Source of the DNA: Macrostomum hystrix
Lineage: Eukaryota; Animalia; Platyhelminthes
NCBI GenBank assembly: GCA_950097015.1
Contig: CATNEN010000038.1
Coordinates: 9,176,001-9,240,000, forward strand
DNA: 64,000 nucleotides
Direction: 5' to 3'
This document shows, piece after piece, positions 50,501 through 63,769 of the stretch (its first letter is position 1; each line of letters starts with the position of its first letter). The position numbers and the translations under genes were made by a program. Below the pieces are notes generated by a model that saw only the letters and a list, made by a program, of their open reading frames with translations, searched no databases and was not told the origin of the DNA.

Positions 50501-51878
50501 GCTGCGTAAACTCGGCGCCGTCGCTGCCGATGAGTCCTCGGAGGTCGCCGGCGGTCGCGTCGGCTGGCAGCTGACTCCGATTGGACGGGACATGCTGGCC
50601 CTGCCGCTGGAGCCCCGCATGGCCCGGGTGCTGCTGGAGGCTGCCAAGCCTGGCCTGGGCTGCCTGGCCGAGGTGGGTGGAAACCGACTGCCGTCAGTGG
50701 GATCTGGCAGTAGATCATTAGATCAGTGGGATCTGGCAGTAGATCAGTGGGATCTGGCAGACTAGATCAGTGGGATTGGGAGACTAGATCAGTGGGATCT
50801 GGCAGTAGATCAGTGGGATCTGGCAGTAGATCAGTGGGATCTGGCAGACTAGATCAGTGGGATCTGGCAGACTAGATCAGTGAGATCTGGCAGACTAGAT
50901 CAGTGGGATCTGGCAGACCAGATCAGTGGGATCTGGCAGACTAGATCAGTGAGATCTGGCAGACTAGATCAGTGGGATCTAGGAGACTAGATCAGTGAAA
51001 TCTGGGAGGCTAAAGAGATAGATAACTGAGAAGAGAAGTGACCTAAGCCTAAGCCAAACCCGAACAAATTCGCCAGGTAATCAAAATCGTCTCCCTGCTG
51101 TCTGTCGACCACCTATTCTACGTGCCGCCGAATAAGCGCGAAGCAGCTCAGGCCGCCTGGCAGCCCTACGAGTCCTCGCGAGGCGACCTGTTCTTCCTCC
51201 TGAACCTGTTCAACGCCTTCCAGGGCTTGTCTGATCCGGCCGAGAAGGCGCGCTGGCTGAGGCGCCACTTCGTGTCGCTGAAAGCCCTCACCACCTGCCT
51301 GCAGGTGCGCCAAGGGGCAATCGAATTTTTTTTAAATAGCAACCTTATTTACCAGAGTCAATTTATCTACCAAATTAAGTGACAAGTTGGTTGTCTGGAG
51401 TGACACTTTGATTTTAGGGAGTGACACGCAGATTTTACGGAGTGACACCCAGATTTTACGGAGTGACACCCAGATTTTACGGAGTGACATCAAGATTTTA
51501 CGGAGTGCCACTCTGAAACTTACGCAGGTTCGGCAGCAACTGCGCGGCTTATGCCGTTCGCTGGGCCTGCAGATTCAGTCCTGCAACAACCGGCCCGAGC
51601 CCATCATCGAAGCCTTCCTGGCTGGCTTTCGGCATTCCACGGCAGCTATGCAGCGCAGCCACGACGGCGGCAGCGGCGAAGGCAAGAATCGACGCATCCG
51701 AGACTGTCGGTACCTGTGTCACCACCTGCCACAGCCGGCCTACATTCACCCGGCCTCCTGTCTGTTCTCAGCCCGACCACCGGCCGTGATGTTCCTGGAG
51801 TGCGTCCACACAGCCAGGCCCTACCTGCGTCACGTGACCGCCATCGGAATTGAGCAGGTGTACAGGAGCAAACTTTAA
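47538..51878 (+). CDS. DHX33: DEAH-box ATP-dependent RNA helicase, DHX33-like
   Basis: Exons 47538-48056, 48359-48638, 49480-49808, 50115-50672, 51077-51304 and 51528-51878 join in frame. Motifs [64 protein letters not shown] (DHX33-type), HA2 region LPLEPRMAR and OB-fold IHPASCLF. Confidence 0.88.
48675..49457. repeat. 23-bp minisatellite CAGTGACTGGACAGCGAGTGTTG (DHX33 intron 2)
   Basis: Direct repeats with an inverted sub-unit variant (GTGACTGCAACACTGCAG). Confidence 0.95.
50695..51005. repeat. 21/23-bp minisatellite TAGATCAGTGGGATCTGGCAG(AC) (DHX33 intron 4)
   Basis: Direct repeats. Confidence 0.92.
51410..51510. repeat. 21-bp tandem repeat GATTTTACGGAGTGACACCCA, ~5 copies (DHX33 intron 5)
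   Basis: Direct repeats. Confidence 0.85.
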
Positions 51879-51927
51879 AGTCTTGCAGTTGCCTGCTTTT
51901 ACTGTCTTTCCTCTGGATTGGTATTTT

Positions 51928-52778
51928 GCAGTTGGGTCAGAGAGTCAAAGACTGCAGTTGGGTCAGAGAGTCAAAGACTGCAGTTGGGTCAGAGAGTCAA
52001 AGACTGCAGTTGGGTCAGAGAGTCAAAGACTGCAGTTGGGTCAGAGAGTCAAAGACTGCAGTTGGGTCAGAGAGTCAAAGACTGCAGTTGGGTCAGAGAG
52101 TCAAAGACTGCAGTTGGGTCAGAGAGTCAAAGACTGCAGTTGGGTCAGAGAGTCAAAGACTGCAGTTGGGTCAGAGAGTCAAAGACTGCAGTTGGGTCAG
52201 AGAGTCAAAGACTGCAGTTGGGTCAGAGAGTCAAAGACTGCAGTTGGGTCAGAGAGTCAAAGACTGCAGTTGGGTCAGAGAGTCAAAGACTGCAGTTGGA
52301 TCAGAGAGTCAAAGACTGCAGTTGGGTCAGAGAGTCAAAGACTGCAGTTGGGTCAGAGAGTCAAAGACAGCAGTTGGGTCAGAGAATCAAAGACTGCAGT
52401 TGGGTCAGAGAGTCAAAGACTGCAGTTGGGTCAGAGAGTCAAAGACTGCAGTTGGGTCAGAGAGTCAAAGACTGCAGTTGGATCAGAGAGTCAAAGACTG
52501 CAGTTGGGTCAGAGAGTCAAAGACTGCAGTTGGATCAGAGAGTCAAAGACTGCAGTTGGGTCAGAGAATCAAAGACTGCAGTTGGGTCAGAGAATCAAAG
52601 ACTGCAGTTGGGTCAGAGAGTCAAAGACTGCAGTTGGGTCAGAGAGTCAAAGACTGCAGTTGGGTCAGAGAGTCAAAGACTGCTGTTGGGTCAGAGAGTC
52701 AAAGACTGCAGTTGGGTCAGAGAGTCAAAGACTGCAGTTGGGTCAGAGAGTCAAAGACTGCTGTTGGGTCAGAGAGTC
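51928..52778. repeat. 26-bp minisatellite GCAGTTGGGTCAGAGAGTCAAAGACT, ~33 copies
   Basis: Direct repeats 3' of DHX33. Confidence 0.96.
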
Positions 52779-53406
52779 ACAAACCCCATACAGGCAGATA
52801 GAGTGGATAATTTCCGCTTTTGCTACCGGTATTGTATAAGTTTTTACCGTATTTTACTGTTTTCTTTGCATGTCTGCTGGCTTCATTACGTTGGTTGTCC
52901 ATCAGCTAGTCTGACCGATTTCGTCATTAAAAAAACTTCATCAGCTGATCTGCTATTTCAACTGTGCGAAATTTGCATGCAACTTGTTCGGGTTTAGGTC
53001 TTCCTTATTATTTCCGCCTTTCTCAATAAAAAGCTTTATCTTCTCTGTGTACTACCTATTGCATGGCAGCGCGAGTAGTTTGTATAGCATTTCTGTGCTG
53101 AAACTGATTATGCAGCAAATATAGAAGCGAGTGTTAACCGAGTGTTTCATGACTTCATGAGGTCGAAAGCACAAAAACATAATGCATTAACTGTTTTGTT
53201 TGAAAAAAATATTAATAAATCAATCTTTCTGACAGGTAAATTATTATTACAGTATATATTTACTATTTGAAGTCACCTTAAAGCTGTGAGATCTGTGCTC
53301 ATTTATAAAGTGCATCTCCACTTGGTATTAGACCACTTGGTACCTCAGTTATTGTAACAACAGGGGTGCAGAGTACAGTACATTCTCGCCAAGGCATTTC
53401 ACTTGC

Positions 53407-56400
53407 TCATTTCCGCTGCTTGCCAGCTTCAGTAGCCGGGCCGCTTGGCTGGTCGGCCCTCTCATTCTCCAGCTGGCGCGGCTTTGTACTGGCCGGACTG
53501 TTCTTGGCCTCGCCTCTGTAGCGCTGGTCATAATCCCGCTGACGCTGCCGCATTGCAGCTCCGGGCTGCTGCTGCTGTTGCTGCTGTCTGGGTGACTCAG
53601 CGCCACCATTCTCTTGCTGCTGCTGCTGCTGCTGCTGCTGCTGATGCTTTGATGATTCTTCGGGCTTGTCTTTTTCCGACTGCGAAACCCTGTGCAATCG
53701 GGGTCTGTTGCTCTCAACCTGCAGCCAGGGCAGGTGCTCATGGAACACCTTGATAATTGAGTGATAGGTTTCCTTGTCGATAAGCTCAGGATTTATAGAA
53801 ATCTGGACTTGTTGGGTACTCGTGCACATCAACAGGCCTGAATCATGACCGACACACCCCAGCGGTCTCTAGCCTCCTACACAGCCACCTGCACCGACAC
53901 AGTCACCTGTCCTACACAGCTTCCTGTCCTACTACACAGCCACCTGTACCGACACTGTCACCTGTCCCACACAGCCTTCTGTCCTACTACACAGCCTCCT
54001 GTCCTACTACACAGCCTCCTGTCCTGTCCGAGTGCTACTACACAGCCTGCTGTCCTACACAGCCTCCTGTCCTACTACACAGCATCCTGTCCTACTACAC
54101 AGCCTCCTGTCCTACTACACAGCCTCCTGTCGTACTACACAGCCTGCTGTCCTACACAGCCTCCTGTCCTAATACACAGCCTTCTGTCCTACACAGCCTC
54201 CTGTCCTACTACACAGCCTCCTGTCCTACTACACAGCATCCTGTCCTACTACACAGCCTCCTGTCCTACTACACAGCCTTCTGTCCTACACAGCCTCCTG
54301 TCCTACTACACAGCCTTCTGTCCTACTACACAGCCTCCTGTCCTACACAGCCTTCTGTCCTACACAGCCTTCTGTCCTACACAGCCTCCTGTCCTACTAC
54401 ACAGCCTCCTGTCCTACACAGCCTCCTGTCCTACTACACAGCCTTCTGTCGTACTACACAGCCTTCTGTCCTACTACACAGCCTCCTGTCCTACACAGCC
54501 TTCTGTCCTACACAGCCTCCTGTCCTACTACACAGCCTCCTGTCCTACTACACAGCCTCCTGTCCTACTACACAGCCTCCTGTCCTACTACACAGCCTTC
54601 TGTCCTCCTGTCCTGTCCGAGTGCTACTACACAGCCTCCTGTCCCACACAGCTACCTGTGCTACTACGCAGCCTTCTATACCACACAGCCTGCTGTCCCA
54701 CACAGCCTATGGTAACAAAGTTACAGTACTCGCACAGCTTTAAAATGTCCCACAGATCTGTAAGTAACATATATTCGATCCATCTCTCGACCTTGATTTG
54801 CTCACCTTGATTTCGTTTTTCTTGGGCTCGTAGTCTAGATTCTCTCTGGTGTTGATTCGCGGTGTTGCCTTCTCGGAAAAGTTGACCCGCTCGTTAATTA
54901 TCTGGCAAAAGCAGTACGGCTTTAGATGACTGACGAGTTTTGTTGGCTTAAAAAAGCTACTCAATTTCTGATCAGCATGGTCTACTAGAAAATAATATCG
55001 TGCTTCTGTCATATTTATTAATATGATTTAAAGCTAAATTAAATTGTCAGCTGGTTAGATATCTGACGTTTTTTGACGAGCCTTCAAACTAAGAACTGTA
55101 CAGTTAGAAAGCTTGTTATACGGCATCGTTAGACAGCGTTTATGCCTGGCTAGATGCACTGTTGCTACGAAAATTTTCCATGTTGAGGCGGTTGATAGCT
55201 CGTATTCAATAAATATTGAAGTTCAATGTTCCATGCAGGTGTCTTAAACGTTCCAGGAACGATAGAAGATCAAAGTGAAGGGGATTTCCAGGAAAGTTTG
55301 AAGATCGAAGCGAAGAGGATTTCTAGGCAAGTTTAAATACCGAGGCACGTGGCGTTTCCAGGAAAGTTTGAAGATCGAAGCGAAGAGGATTTCCAGGAAA
55401 CATTGAAGATCGAAGCGAAGAGGATTCCTAGGAAAGTTTAAATACCGAGGCACGTGGCGTTTCCAGGAAACATTGAAGATCGAAGCGAAGAGGATTTCCA
55501 GGAAGTTTGAAGGTCGAAGCGAAGAGGATTTCTAGGAAAGTTTGAGGATCGAAGCGAAGTGGATTTCTAGGAAAGTCTAAATTTTTAGGCAGGTTGTGTT
55601 TCCTTAAAATTTAGAGTTCAAGGTCGAGCGGTTTTCGGGTACAAGTCACATGGCATCTCATATTCGCGGAGACTTTCCAGCAGTCTAGTTCATGGCTGTG
55701 GAAAATTGTTGCACACGTGCTTGTACCAGCAGCTCACGATGAGCATGTATAAAAGGGCCATTTCTGACCATCAGAGATTCGGTGCCTTACCCTAACTCTG
55801 GATGTTCTTGGTCGGTAGTGCAAATTCTCTCGGGTATTTATTGCCGGTAGGTTGGTCCACCGTAGGCGTTGGTGATAAATGTACTGCGGTTAACAGTGCG
55901 CAGGTGCATTGTGATAGTGCTGTTGTTGGTGTGATTCCAGTACAGCAATCACTAAGAATCGAAGGATGGGAAACTGAGTTTCTTAGAAAAGTCTGGGAGG
56001 CTAGTTTCCGCCAAAAATACACTTCGGACCCTTTTTCTGCACGCCCTTAGTGACTGATTCGTGTTTGATAAGAGGCGGATCAGCGGATTATCTTCTGATT
56101 GATAGCTTCATCGATTTCTGTCAAGCTTTTTTTAAAATATATATTTCTACTTTTTTTCCAGCCTCAAAAACTTTTTCTAGGAAACATAGTTTCCCATCCT
56201 TCTAATCCCACTGATCTTTGTTACAGTGTTTCGTTTCTATCAATATTAAGAAGTAATTTTGCAACAGGATTTCCTGTAATATCGGGATTAATCCGGTCAA
56301 TAAATTGCGGCCTTTTACAAAAATAGCAGAAACTACAACAACAACTATGTACTTTTCTGTCACCTCCGCTCGGCTTGTAGCGCAAGTTTTCCAGCGACCC

Positions 56401-58109
56401 AATCCGGGCTGCCGAGTCCCAGCTGATTCGCTGCTGGAAAACCTGATTTAGTGCGAGACAGTCAGACTCGTGACAAAATGCGCTTTTTAATTTTTTTTTC
56501 AGTCTGTTAAAATCACACAACGCTGTTAAACAAAGAGATCGCTATATTTTTAGATATTGTAAAATACTTAATTGCACTCGAAAAAATGGTTATCCGATAG
56601 GGAATCGATGAAATCGCAAACCTTTTTTTCGCCGCCGCGTGGTTTGTAGTCTTTGTTGCTCATGGTTTCAACTTTCGGCTTTGCATTCTTGGAAAACTCC
56701 AGCTTCTCCTTGAATATCTGCCTGTTGCCACCGCCTGTTTGAAGTTAAAGAATGTAACGTGTTGTGAGGGAGGGAGTGTGGTGGGTGTTGGGGAGTGAGG
56801 TGGGTGTTGGGGAGTGAGGTGGGTGTTGGGGAGTGAGGTGGGTGTTGGAAGGTGAGGTGGGTGGATTGAAATCTTCATGCACACAAATCCATCTCGTACC
56901 GGGCTGATATCCTTGATTCTCTCGGGTGTGGACCTTGTTTTCCGCCTGAAAGTTCACCTTCTCTTTGAAGATTTTTTTCTGCAAATTAAAGCAAATAATT
57001 ATCGACTCTTGAATCATGAAAGCTGCGAGCTTGCTATATGTTCCTGAACTCCTTATACCTCACCACCCTTCGGCTTGTACTCTTTGTTCTGGGTGTCCAC
57101 TTTGGGTGGGATGTCCTTACTTTCGCCGGCTTCCCCTGCGGAAATAAAATTACCAAAGCATTCATAGATGTCTGTAAGTCAGAACAGATATGTGAATTAT
57201 AACAACACTCCCTGCATCAACAACAGCAACACTCCCTGCATCAACAACACTCCCTGCATCAACAACACTCCCTGCATCAACAACACTCCCTGCATCAACA
57301 ACACTCCCTGCATCAACAACATCCCTGCATCAACAACACTCCCTGCATCAACAACACTCCCTGCATCAACAACACTCCCTGCATCAACAACACTCCCTGC
57401 ATCAACAACATCCCTGCATCAACAACACTCCCTGCATCAACAACACTCCCTGCATCAACAACATCCCTGCATCAACAACACTCCCTGCATCAACAACACT
57501 CCCTGCATCAACAACACTCCCTGCATCAACAACAGCAACACTCCCTGCATCAACAACACTCCCTGCATCAACAACACTCCCTGCATCAACAACACTCCCT
57601 GCATCAACAACACTCCCTGCATCAACAACATCCCTGCATCAACAACACTCCCTGCATCAACAACACTCCCTGCATCAACAACACTCCCTGCATCAACAAC
57701 ACTCCCTGCATCAACAACATCCCTGCATCAACAACACTCCCTGCATCAACAACACCCCCTGCATCAACAACATCCCTGCATCAACAACACTCCCTGCATC
57801 AACAACACTCCCTGCATCAACAACACTCCCTGCATCAACAACATCCCTGCATCAACAACACTCCCTGCATCAACAACACTCCCTGCATCAACAACATCCC
57901 TGCATCAACAACACTCCCTGCATCAACAACACTCCCTGCATCAACAACAGCAACACGCAGTATCAAAGCCTCGCCGACTCACAGTCTGGTGGCAGACCAA
58001 TTCTTCGTCTCTGCTTTACGACGTCGTCGCCCCCACCACCGCTGCCGCCGCCGCCGCTGTCGCCACCGCCGGCACCACCGCCGCTTTTGCCACCACCCTG
58101 CGTTGCCAT
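53407..58109 (-). CDS. Tau/MAP2/MAP4-family microtubule-associated protein (~338 aa, about 6 tubulin-binding-type repeats)
   Basis: Exons 58109-57983, 57135-57059, 56978-56900, 56734-56622, 56442-56353, 55883-55791, 54901-54806 and 53748-53407 join in frame (1017 nt). Repeats such as KVHTRENQGYQPGGGNRQIFKEKLEFSKNAKPK and ARIGSLENLRYKPSGGDRK resemble tau [33 protein letters not shown]. Confidence 0.8.
53870..54710. repeat. 17/20-bp minisatellite CCT(ACT)ACACAGCCTCCTGT
   Basis: Direct repeats in the last intron of the tau-like gene. Confidence 0.93.
55250..55580. repeat. ~35-bp degenerate tandem repeat TTCCAGGAAAGTTTGAAGATCGAAGCGAAGAGGAT
   Basis: About 9 imperfect copies. Confidence 0.85.
57200..57955. 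repeat. 18-bp minisatellite AACAACACTCCCTGCATC
   Basis: Direct repeats in intron 1 of the tau-like gene. Confidence 0.95.
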
Positions 58110-59199
58110 CTGCTTAGAGGCAGAAATGCTGTCCTAAATAGACCGGCCCTGTGCGATACAGTCACAGCTGTGCTGGTTTCAAGAGCTAAGCAAGATACGC
58201 TTGGCACAACCAACTCGATATAGACCAAAGCAGAGTAGAGGAATGTAATAACACTGCTCTAATGTGTGTGTTCTCAGTTGGAATAAATCTGTGTTCATAT
58301 GCTAAATACCTGCATGGCTGTAATAAACACACACTGGCGAGTGTCCAGCTTGTCCCGTTGTCCAACCGCCGCGCTATTGACGGCCTTCTAATACTGGGGC
58401 TCCAATAGACCATGTAGACCAATAGACCAGACAATAGTACCATGCCCCACTGCCCTTCACCCCCAACTCTCTACCTCCATTATTCAGCTCTGGACAAAAT
58501 ACAAAAAGGGAGATCGTCGGTTTAATAAGCTGGTTCAAAGACTTGAGACCACCTTTTTGGCTGCACTAGCTGCTGAGTCTGAGTAGGGTTTGAGTTAGAC
58601 AACTTCTATAGCCTCCATCAACAGAATCTAGCCATGGCAACACAACTCGAGAATTAAACTGGGCGTCTCTTGCCAGTATTTCTGTTCTCAATGTGGTCTC
58701 AAGTCGTTTTCTTCGCGGCTTAAAAGACTAAGATAGAATGAGCTTTTAATTATCTGCTTGCAACCTAGTGTTCCACACTTTTTGTAACGCAATTGCATTA
58801 AAAGTAACGATTATTGAGTTATTTTAACTGAGCGTTTATGGAAAGTAACGAAAGGGAGTCGATACAGCAAAATATAATCCCAATTCAATTATGTGAACTG
58901 GAATCAAAAAACAGAAATTGGTTGAAAAAGGTCAGCTATCGATCAATAAGCGATTGAAAGTTAAGGAACAGATGCACAGAAGTTACTACTGAATACAAAA
59001 TGAAAGTAGTGCATTGGTAGTTTATCTTTTCAAGAATAAAATAGAAAATACTCCCTCTTTATACTCGGAAGAGCACAAAATAACTTAAACTATCAATAAA
59101 GTTTTTGAAGCTGATAGAAAATTAAAGTAAGCAATGAACTAGCAATCATTTTCCTATCTCTATTTCTCTTGTCGAATTTATTTCGACTCAGTAATTTAT

Positions 59200-60230
59200 T
59201 CCCCTCTCTCCTTCTCTCCCTCTCTCCTTCTCTCCTTCTCTCCCTCTCTCCTTCTCTCCCTCTCACCCTCTCTCCCTCTCTCTTTCCTCCTCCCTTTGTC
59301 CTTCTCTCCCTCTCTCATTCTCTCTTTCCTTCCTCCCTTTGTCCTTCTCTCCCTCTCTCCTTCTCTCTTTCCTTCCTCCCTTTGTCCTTCTCTCCCTCTC
59401 TCCTTCTCTCTTTCCTTCCTCCCTTTGTCCTTCTCTCCCTCTCTCCTTCTCTCTTTCCTTCCTCCCTTTGTCCTTCTCTCCCTCTCTCCTTCTCTCTTTC
59501 CTTCCTCCCTTTGTCCTCTCTCCATTTCTCCTTCTCTCCTTCTCTCCCCTCTCTCCCTTTCTCACCCTCTCTTCTACTCACCCTCTCTCCTTCTCACCCT
59601 CTCTCCTTCTCACCCTCTCTTCTTCTCACCCTCTCTTCTTCTCACCATCTCTTCTTCTCACCCTCTATCCTTCTTACCCGCTCTCCTTCTCTCCCCTCTC
59701 TCCTTCTCACCCTCTCTCCTTCTCACCCTCTCTCCTTCTCTCTTTCCTTCCTCCCTTTGTCCTTCTCTCCCTCTCTCCTTCTCTCTTTCCTTCCTCCCTT
59801 TGTCCTCTCTCCATCTCTCCTTCTCTCCTTCTCTCCTTCTCTCCGTCTCTCCCTCTCTTCTTCTCTCTCTCCTTCTCTCCCTCTCTCCCTCTCTCCCTCT
59901 CTCCCCTCTCTCCTTCTCACCCTCTCTCCTTCTCTCCCTCTCTCCTTCTCTCCTTCTCTCCTTCTCTCCGCCTCTCCCTCTCTTCTTCTCTCTCTCCTTC
60001 TCTCCTTCTCTCCATCTCTCCCTCCTTCTCTCTCTCCTTCTCTCCCTCTCTCCCTCTCTCCCCTCTCCTTCTCTCCCCTCTCTCCCTCTCTCCTTCTCTC
60101 CCCTCTCTCCTTCTCACCCTTTCTCCTTCTCACCCTCTCTCCTTCTCACCCTCTCTCCTTCTCACCCTCTCTCCTTCTCACCCTCTCCCTCTTTCACTCC
60201 CTGCCTCTCTCACACTCTATCTCACTCTCT
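59200..60230. repeat. ~1-kb polypyrimidine (C/T) low-complexity tract
   Basis: Almost purine-free on the + strand. Confidence 0.95.
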
Positions 60231-60436
60231 AGCTCGTATCTCTATATGTTTGTGTCCTCATTCTAAATCAGTCTTCAATAATCTCAGCCCCCTCTCTCAG
60301 CCTCTGTCCTTCCCTCAATAACCTGTAGCAGGCTGAGAGATAGGCCCGTTCCCAGCGTGCCTACTAACTACTTAACTGGATTTTGTTACTTTGTTTAAGC
60401 AAGCCGATGTGATTTGTCAGCGTCAGACAAATGCTG

Positions 60437-60471
<35 letters not shown>

Positions 60472-60671
60472 AACCGGACTCCAATCTGATTAAACACTGC
60501 CTAACATTTGACGTCCCCTGAACTTTTAGCTAGTGGCATGGCAATAACATTTGCTGGGCCTTCGCATTCTGCGTGCCTTGATGTTGTTTAGACTGACCTT
60601 CAACACATCCAGGGTCTGAGGGACTAGGATGCCTGGAACCAAGTAGTTAGTACTCCGGAGCTCCAAGACTG

Positions 60672-61575
60672 TGACTATTGTCATAATCCCATCCAGTAAT
60701 GCCATAGACTATAGTCATAATCCCATCCAGTAATGTCCCATCGAGACTATAGTCATATTCCCATCCAGTAATGCCATAGACTATAGTCATAATCCCATCC
60801 AGTAATGTCCCATCGAGACTATAGTCATATTCCCATCCAGTCATGTCATAGACTATAGTCATAATCCCATCCAGTAATGTCCCATCGAGACTATAGTCAT
60901 ATTCCCATCCAGTCATGTCATAGACTATAGTCATATTCCCATCCAGTAATGTCATGACTATAGTCATAATCCCATCCAGTAATGTCATGACTATAGTCAT
61001 AATCCCATCCAGTAATGTCATGACTATAGTCATATTCCCATCCAGTAATGTCCCATCGAGACTATAGTCATATTCCCATCCAGTAATGCCATAGACTATA
61101 GTCATAATCCCATCCAGTAATGTCCCATCGAGACTATAGTCATATTCCCATCCAGTCATGTCATAGACTATAGTCATAATCCCATCCAGTAATGTCCCAT
61201 CGAGACTATAGTCATATTCCCATCCAGTCATGTCATAGACTATAGTCATATTCCCATCCAGTAATGTCATGACTATAGTCATAATCCCATCCAGTAATGT
61301 CATGACTATAGTCATAATCCCATCCAGTAATGTCATGACTATAGTCATATTCCCATCCAGTAATGTCCCATGGAGACTATAGTCATATTCCCATCCAGTC
61401 ATGTCATAGACTATAGTCATAATCCCATCCAGCATTTTCCCATAGAGACTATAGTCATAATCCCATCCAGCATTTTCCCATAGAGACTATAGTCATAATC
61501 CTATCCAGCATTTTCCCATAGAGACTATAGTCATAATCCCATCCAGTAATGCCATTGATTACAGTCATATTCCCA
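60672..61575. repeat. ~33-38-bp minisatellite GACTATAGTCAT(A/T)..CCCATCCAGTAATGTC
   Basis: Direct repeats with palindromic core GACTATAGTC and higher-order blocks. Confidence 0.93.
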
Positions 61576-61934
61576 CTACCTATCATCAAATACCAGCTAG
61601 TAGTTAAAGTAGTTAAAATTTTAACAAACTAAAAGTTTTTGTACTTTTTGGCCAATCTGTACTTTCCAGTGCTAATTGGATTGGGAGGAGCCGAGGAGCC
61701 ACAGGTGCTTTCGCCAGAAGGTCGGTGGGCAAGCAACAGATGAAACTAGAGCCGCTTGACAAAAAGAATTTGCTTTCAGGCCGAGTCTGTCCGACTCAGT
61801 CGGCTGAGTAAGCCGAGCTCACATCTGTTGAAACACAGCATGGCCGGGCGGCTATCAGGTTTCGTCTGATTTGCTGCTGTGCGATTGAGTCTATGGAAAT
61901 TTCCTGTCTGCTGCTTCTGGCCAGCGCCTGATAA

Positions 61935-63250
61935 ATCAGGGGCGGATTAAGGGGCGGATTTGATTTCTAACTGAGGGCGGATTAAGGAGCGGATTTGATT
62001 TCTACCTGAGGGTGGATTCAGGGGCGGATTTGATTTCTAACTGAGGGTGGATTCAGGGGCGGATTTGATTTCAAACTGAGGGTGGATTCAGGGGCGGATT
62101 TGATTTCTAACTGAGGGTGGATTCAGGGGCGGATTTGATTTCTAACTGAGGGTGGATTCAGGGGCCGTCTGGATTTCTTTGAGGACGGAGGATAAAGGGT
62201 CGGTTGGGATTTCTGTGTGGAGGGCGGATTCAGGAGCGGATGGGATTTCTAACTAAGGGGGGTCGGGATTTCTGTCAAGGGGGCGGATGGGATTTCTAAA
62301 AGATGGCGGATTCAGGGGCGGATTGGATTTCTACCATAGGGTGGATCAGGGGCGGATTCAGGGGCGGATGGGATTTCTAAAAGATGGTGGATTCAGGGGT
62401 GGATTCGATTTCTGCGATAGGGTGGATTCAGGGGCGGATTCAGGGGCGGATTCAGGGGCGGATTCGATTTCTGCGATAGGGTGGATTCAGGGGCGGATTC
62501 AGGGGCGGATTCGATTTCTGCGATAGGGTGGATTCAGGGGCGGATTCAGGGGCGGATTCGATTTCTGCGATAGGGTGGATTCAGGGGCGGATTCAGGGGC
62601 GGATTCGATTTCTGCGATAGGGTGGATTCAGGGGCGGATTCAGGGGCGGATTCGATTTCTACCTTAGGGCGGATTCAGGGGCGGATTCGATTTCTACCAT
62701 AGGGTGGATTCAGGGGCGGATTCGATTTCTATCATAAGGTGGATTCAGGGGCGGATTCAGGGGCGGATTCGATTTCTACCATAGGGTGGATTCAGGGGCG
62801 GATTCAGGGGCGGGTTAGATTTCTACCTTAGGTCGGATTCAGGGGCGGATTGGATTTCTGAGGGCGGATTCAGGGGCAGATTGGATTTCTGAGGGGCGAA
62901 TTGGATTTCTGAGGGCGGATTCAGGGGCGGATTGGATTTCTGAGGGCGGATTCAGGGGCGGATTGGATTTCTGAGGGCGGATTCAGGGGCGGATTGGATT
63001 TCTACCTTAAGTCGGATTCAGGGGCGGATTGGATTTCTACCTTAGGTCGGATTCAGTGGCGGATTGGATTTCTGAGGGCGGATTGGATTTCTAACTGAGG
63101 GCGGATTAAGGGGCGGATAATATTTCTACCTGAGGGCGGATTCAAGGGCCGATAGTATTTTATGGAGGGGGTTTACGGGCGGATTGGATTTCTAACTGAG
63201 GGCAGATTTACGTGGAGGAGAGGATTTATCACGGGGCGGATTCAGGGCCG
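61935..63250. repeat. G-rich minisatellite based on GGATTCAGGGGC
   Basis: 12-bp core within variable longer units. Confidence 0.9.
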
Positions 63251-63769
63251 GAAATCGTTTGCCTCTTCGGTCGGATGCCAATTAGTTTAGTGATTTGTTT
63301 CCGAGTGTCTAATTCTGTCGCGCGGCAAGTGATTTCCAAGTGCATTTAGAACTGGCAATGTTTCAGCCAAAGTCCAAAAACCGTTTGAGCAATTGAAGGC
63401 CACGCAGCTGTTGGAGTTGTAAAACTTCTATGTTTTTAGCGGCCAAGGATTAGCCAGCCCTGCAAACAGTAAGGCAGTAAACACTGGCTGCTTATACAGG
63501 CGCCAATCGAGGCATGCTTTATCTGCTGCTGCTGATTCTAAACTGTGCGCGAAGAGAACGAGGCATATGGCTGCCGTCTAGACTGAGGTGCCTCCGCTCT
63601 GCTAGCGATCGTAATCAGTTTCGACGCACTTCAACTTCGTCCACCAGGAGATTAGCGCCGCCGCCACCCGCCCCCTCCACCCTCGAAGCCAGTTTAGAGC
63701 CATCTAAGCTCGTGCTTTTTTCTGAATGAAAGAGCAATGTGCAATTTGAATTTGATTCCAGTCGTGGGA

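Noticed and set aside
51850-52997. Three overlapping ~300-aa ORFs
   Set aside because: The 26-bp unit has no stop on the + strand, so all three frames are open; an artefact.
57168-61435. ORFs of 260-365 aa (NNTPCI, SPSLL and MTIV repeats)
   Set aside because: Minisatellite or low-complexity read-through; the first lies in an intron of the tau-like gene.
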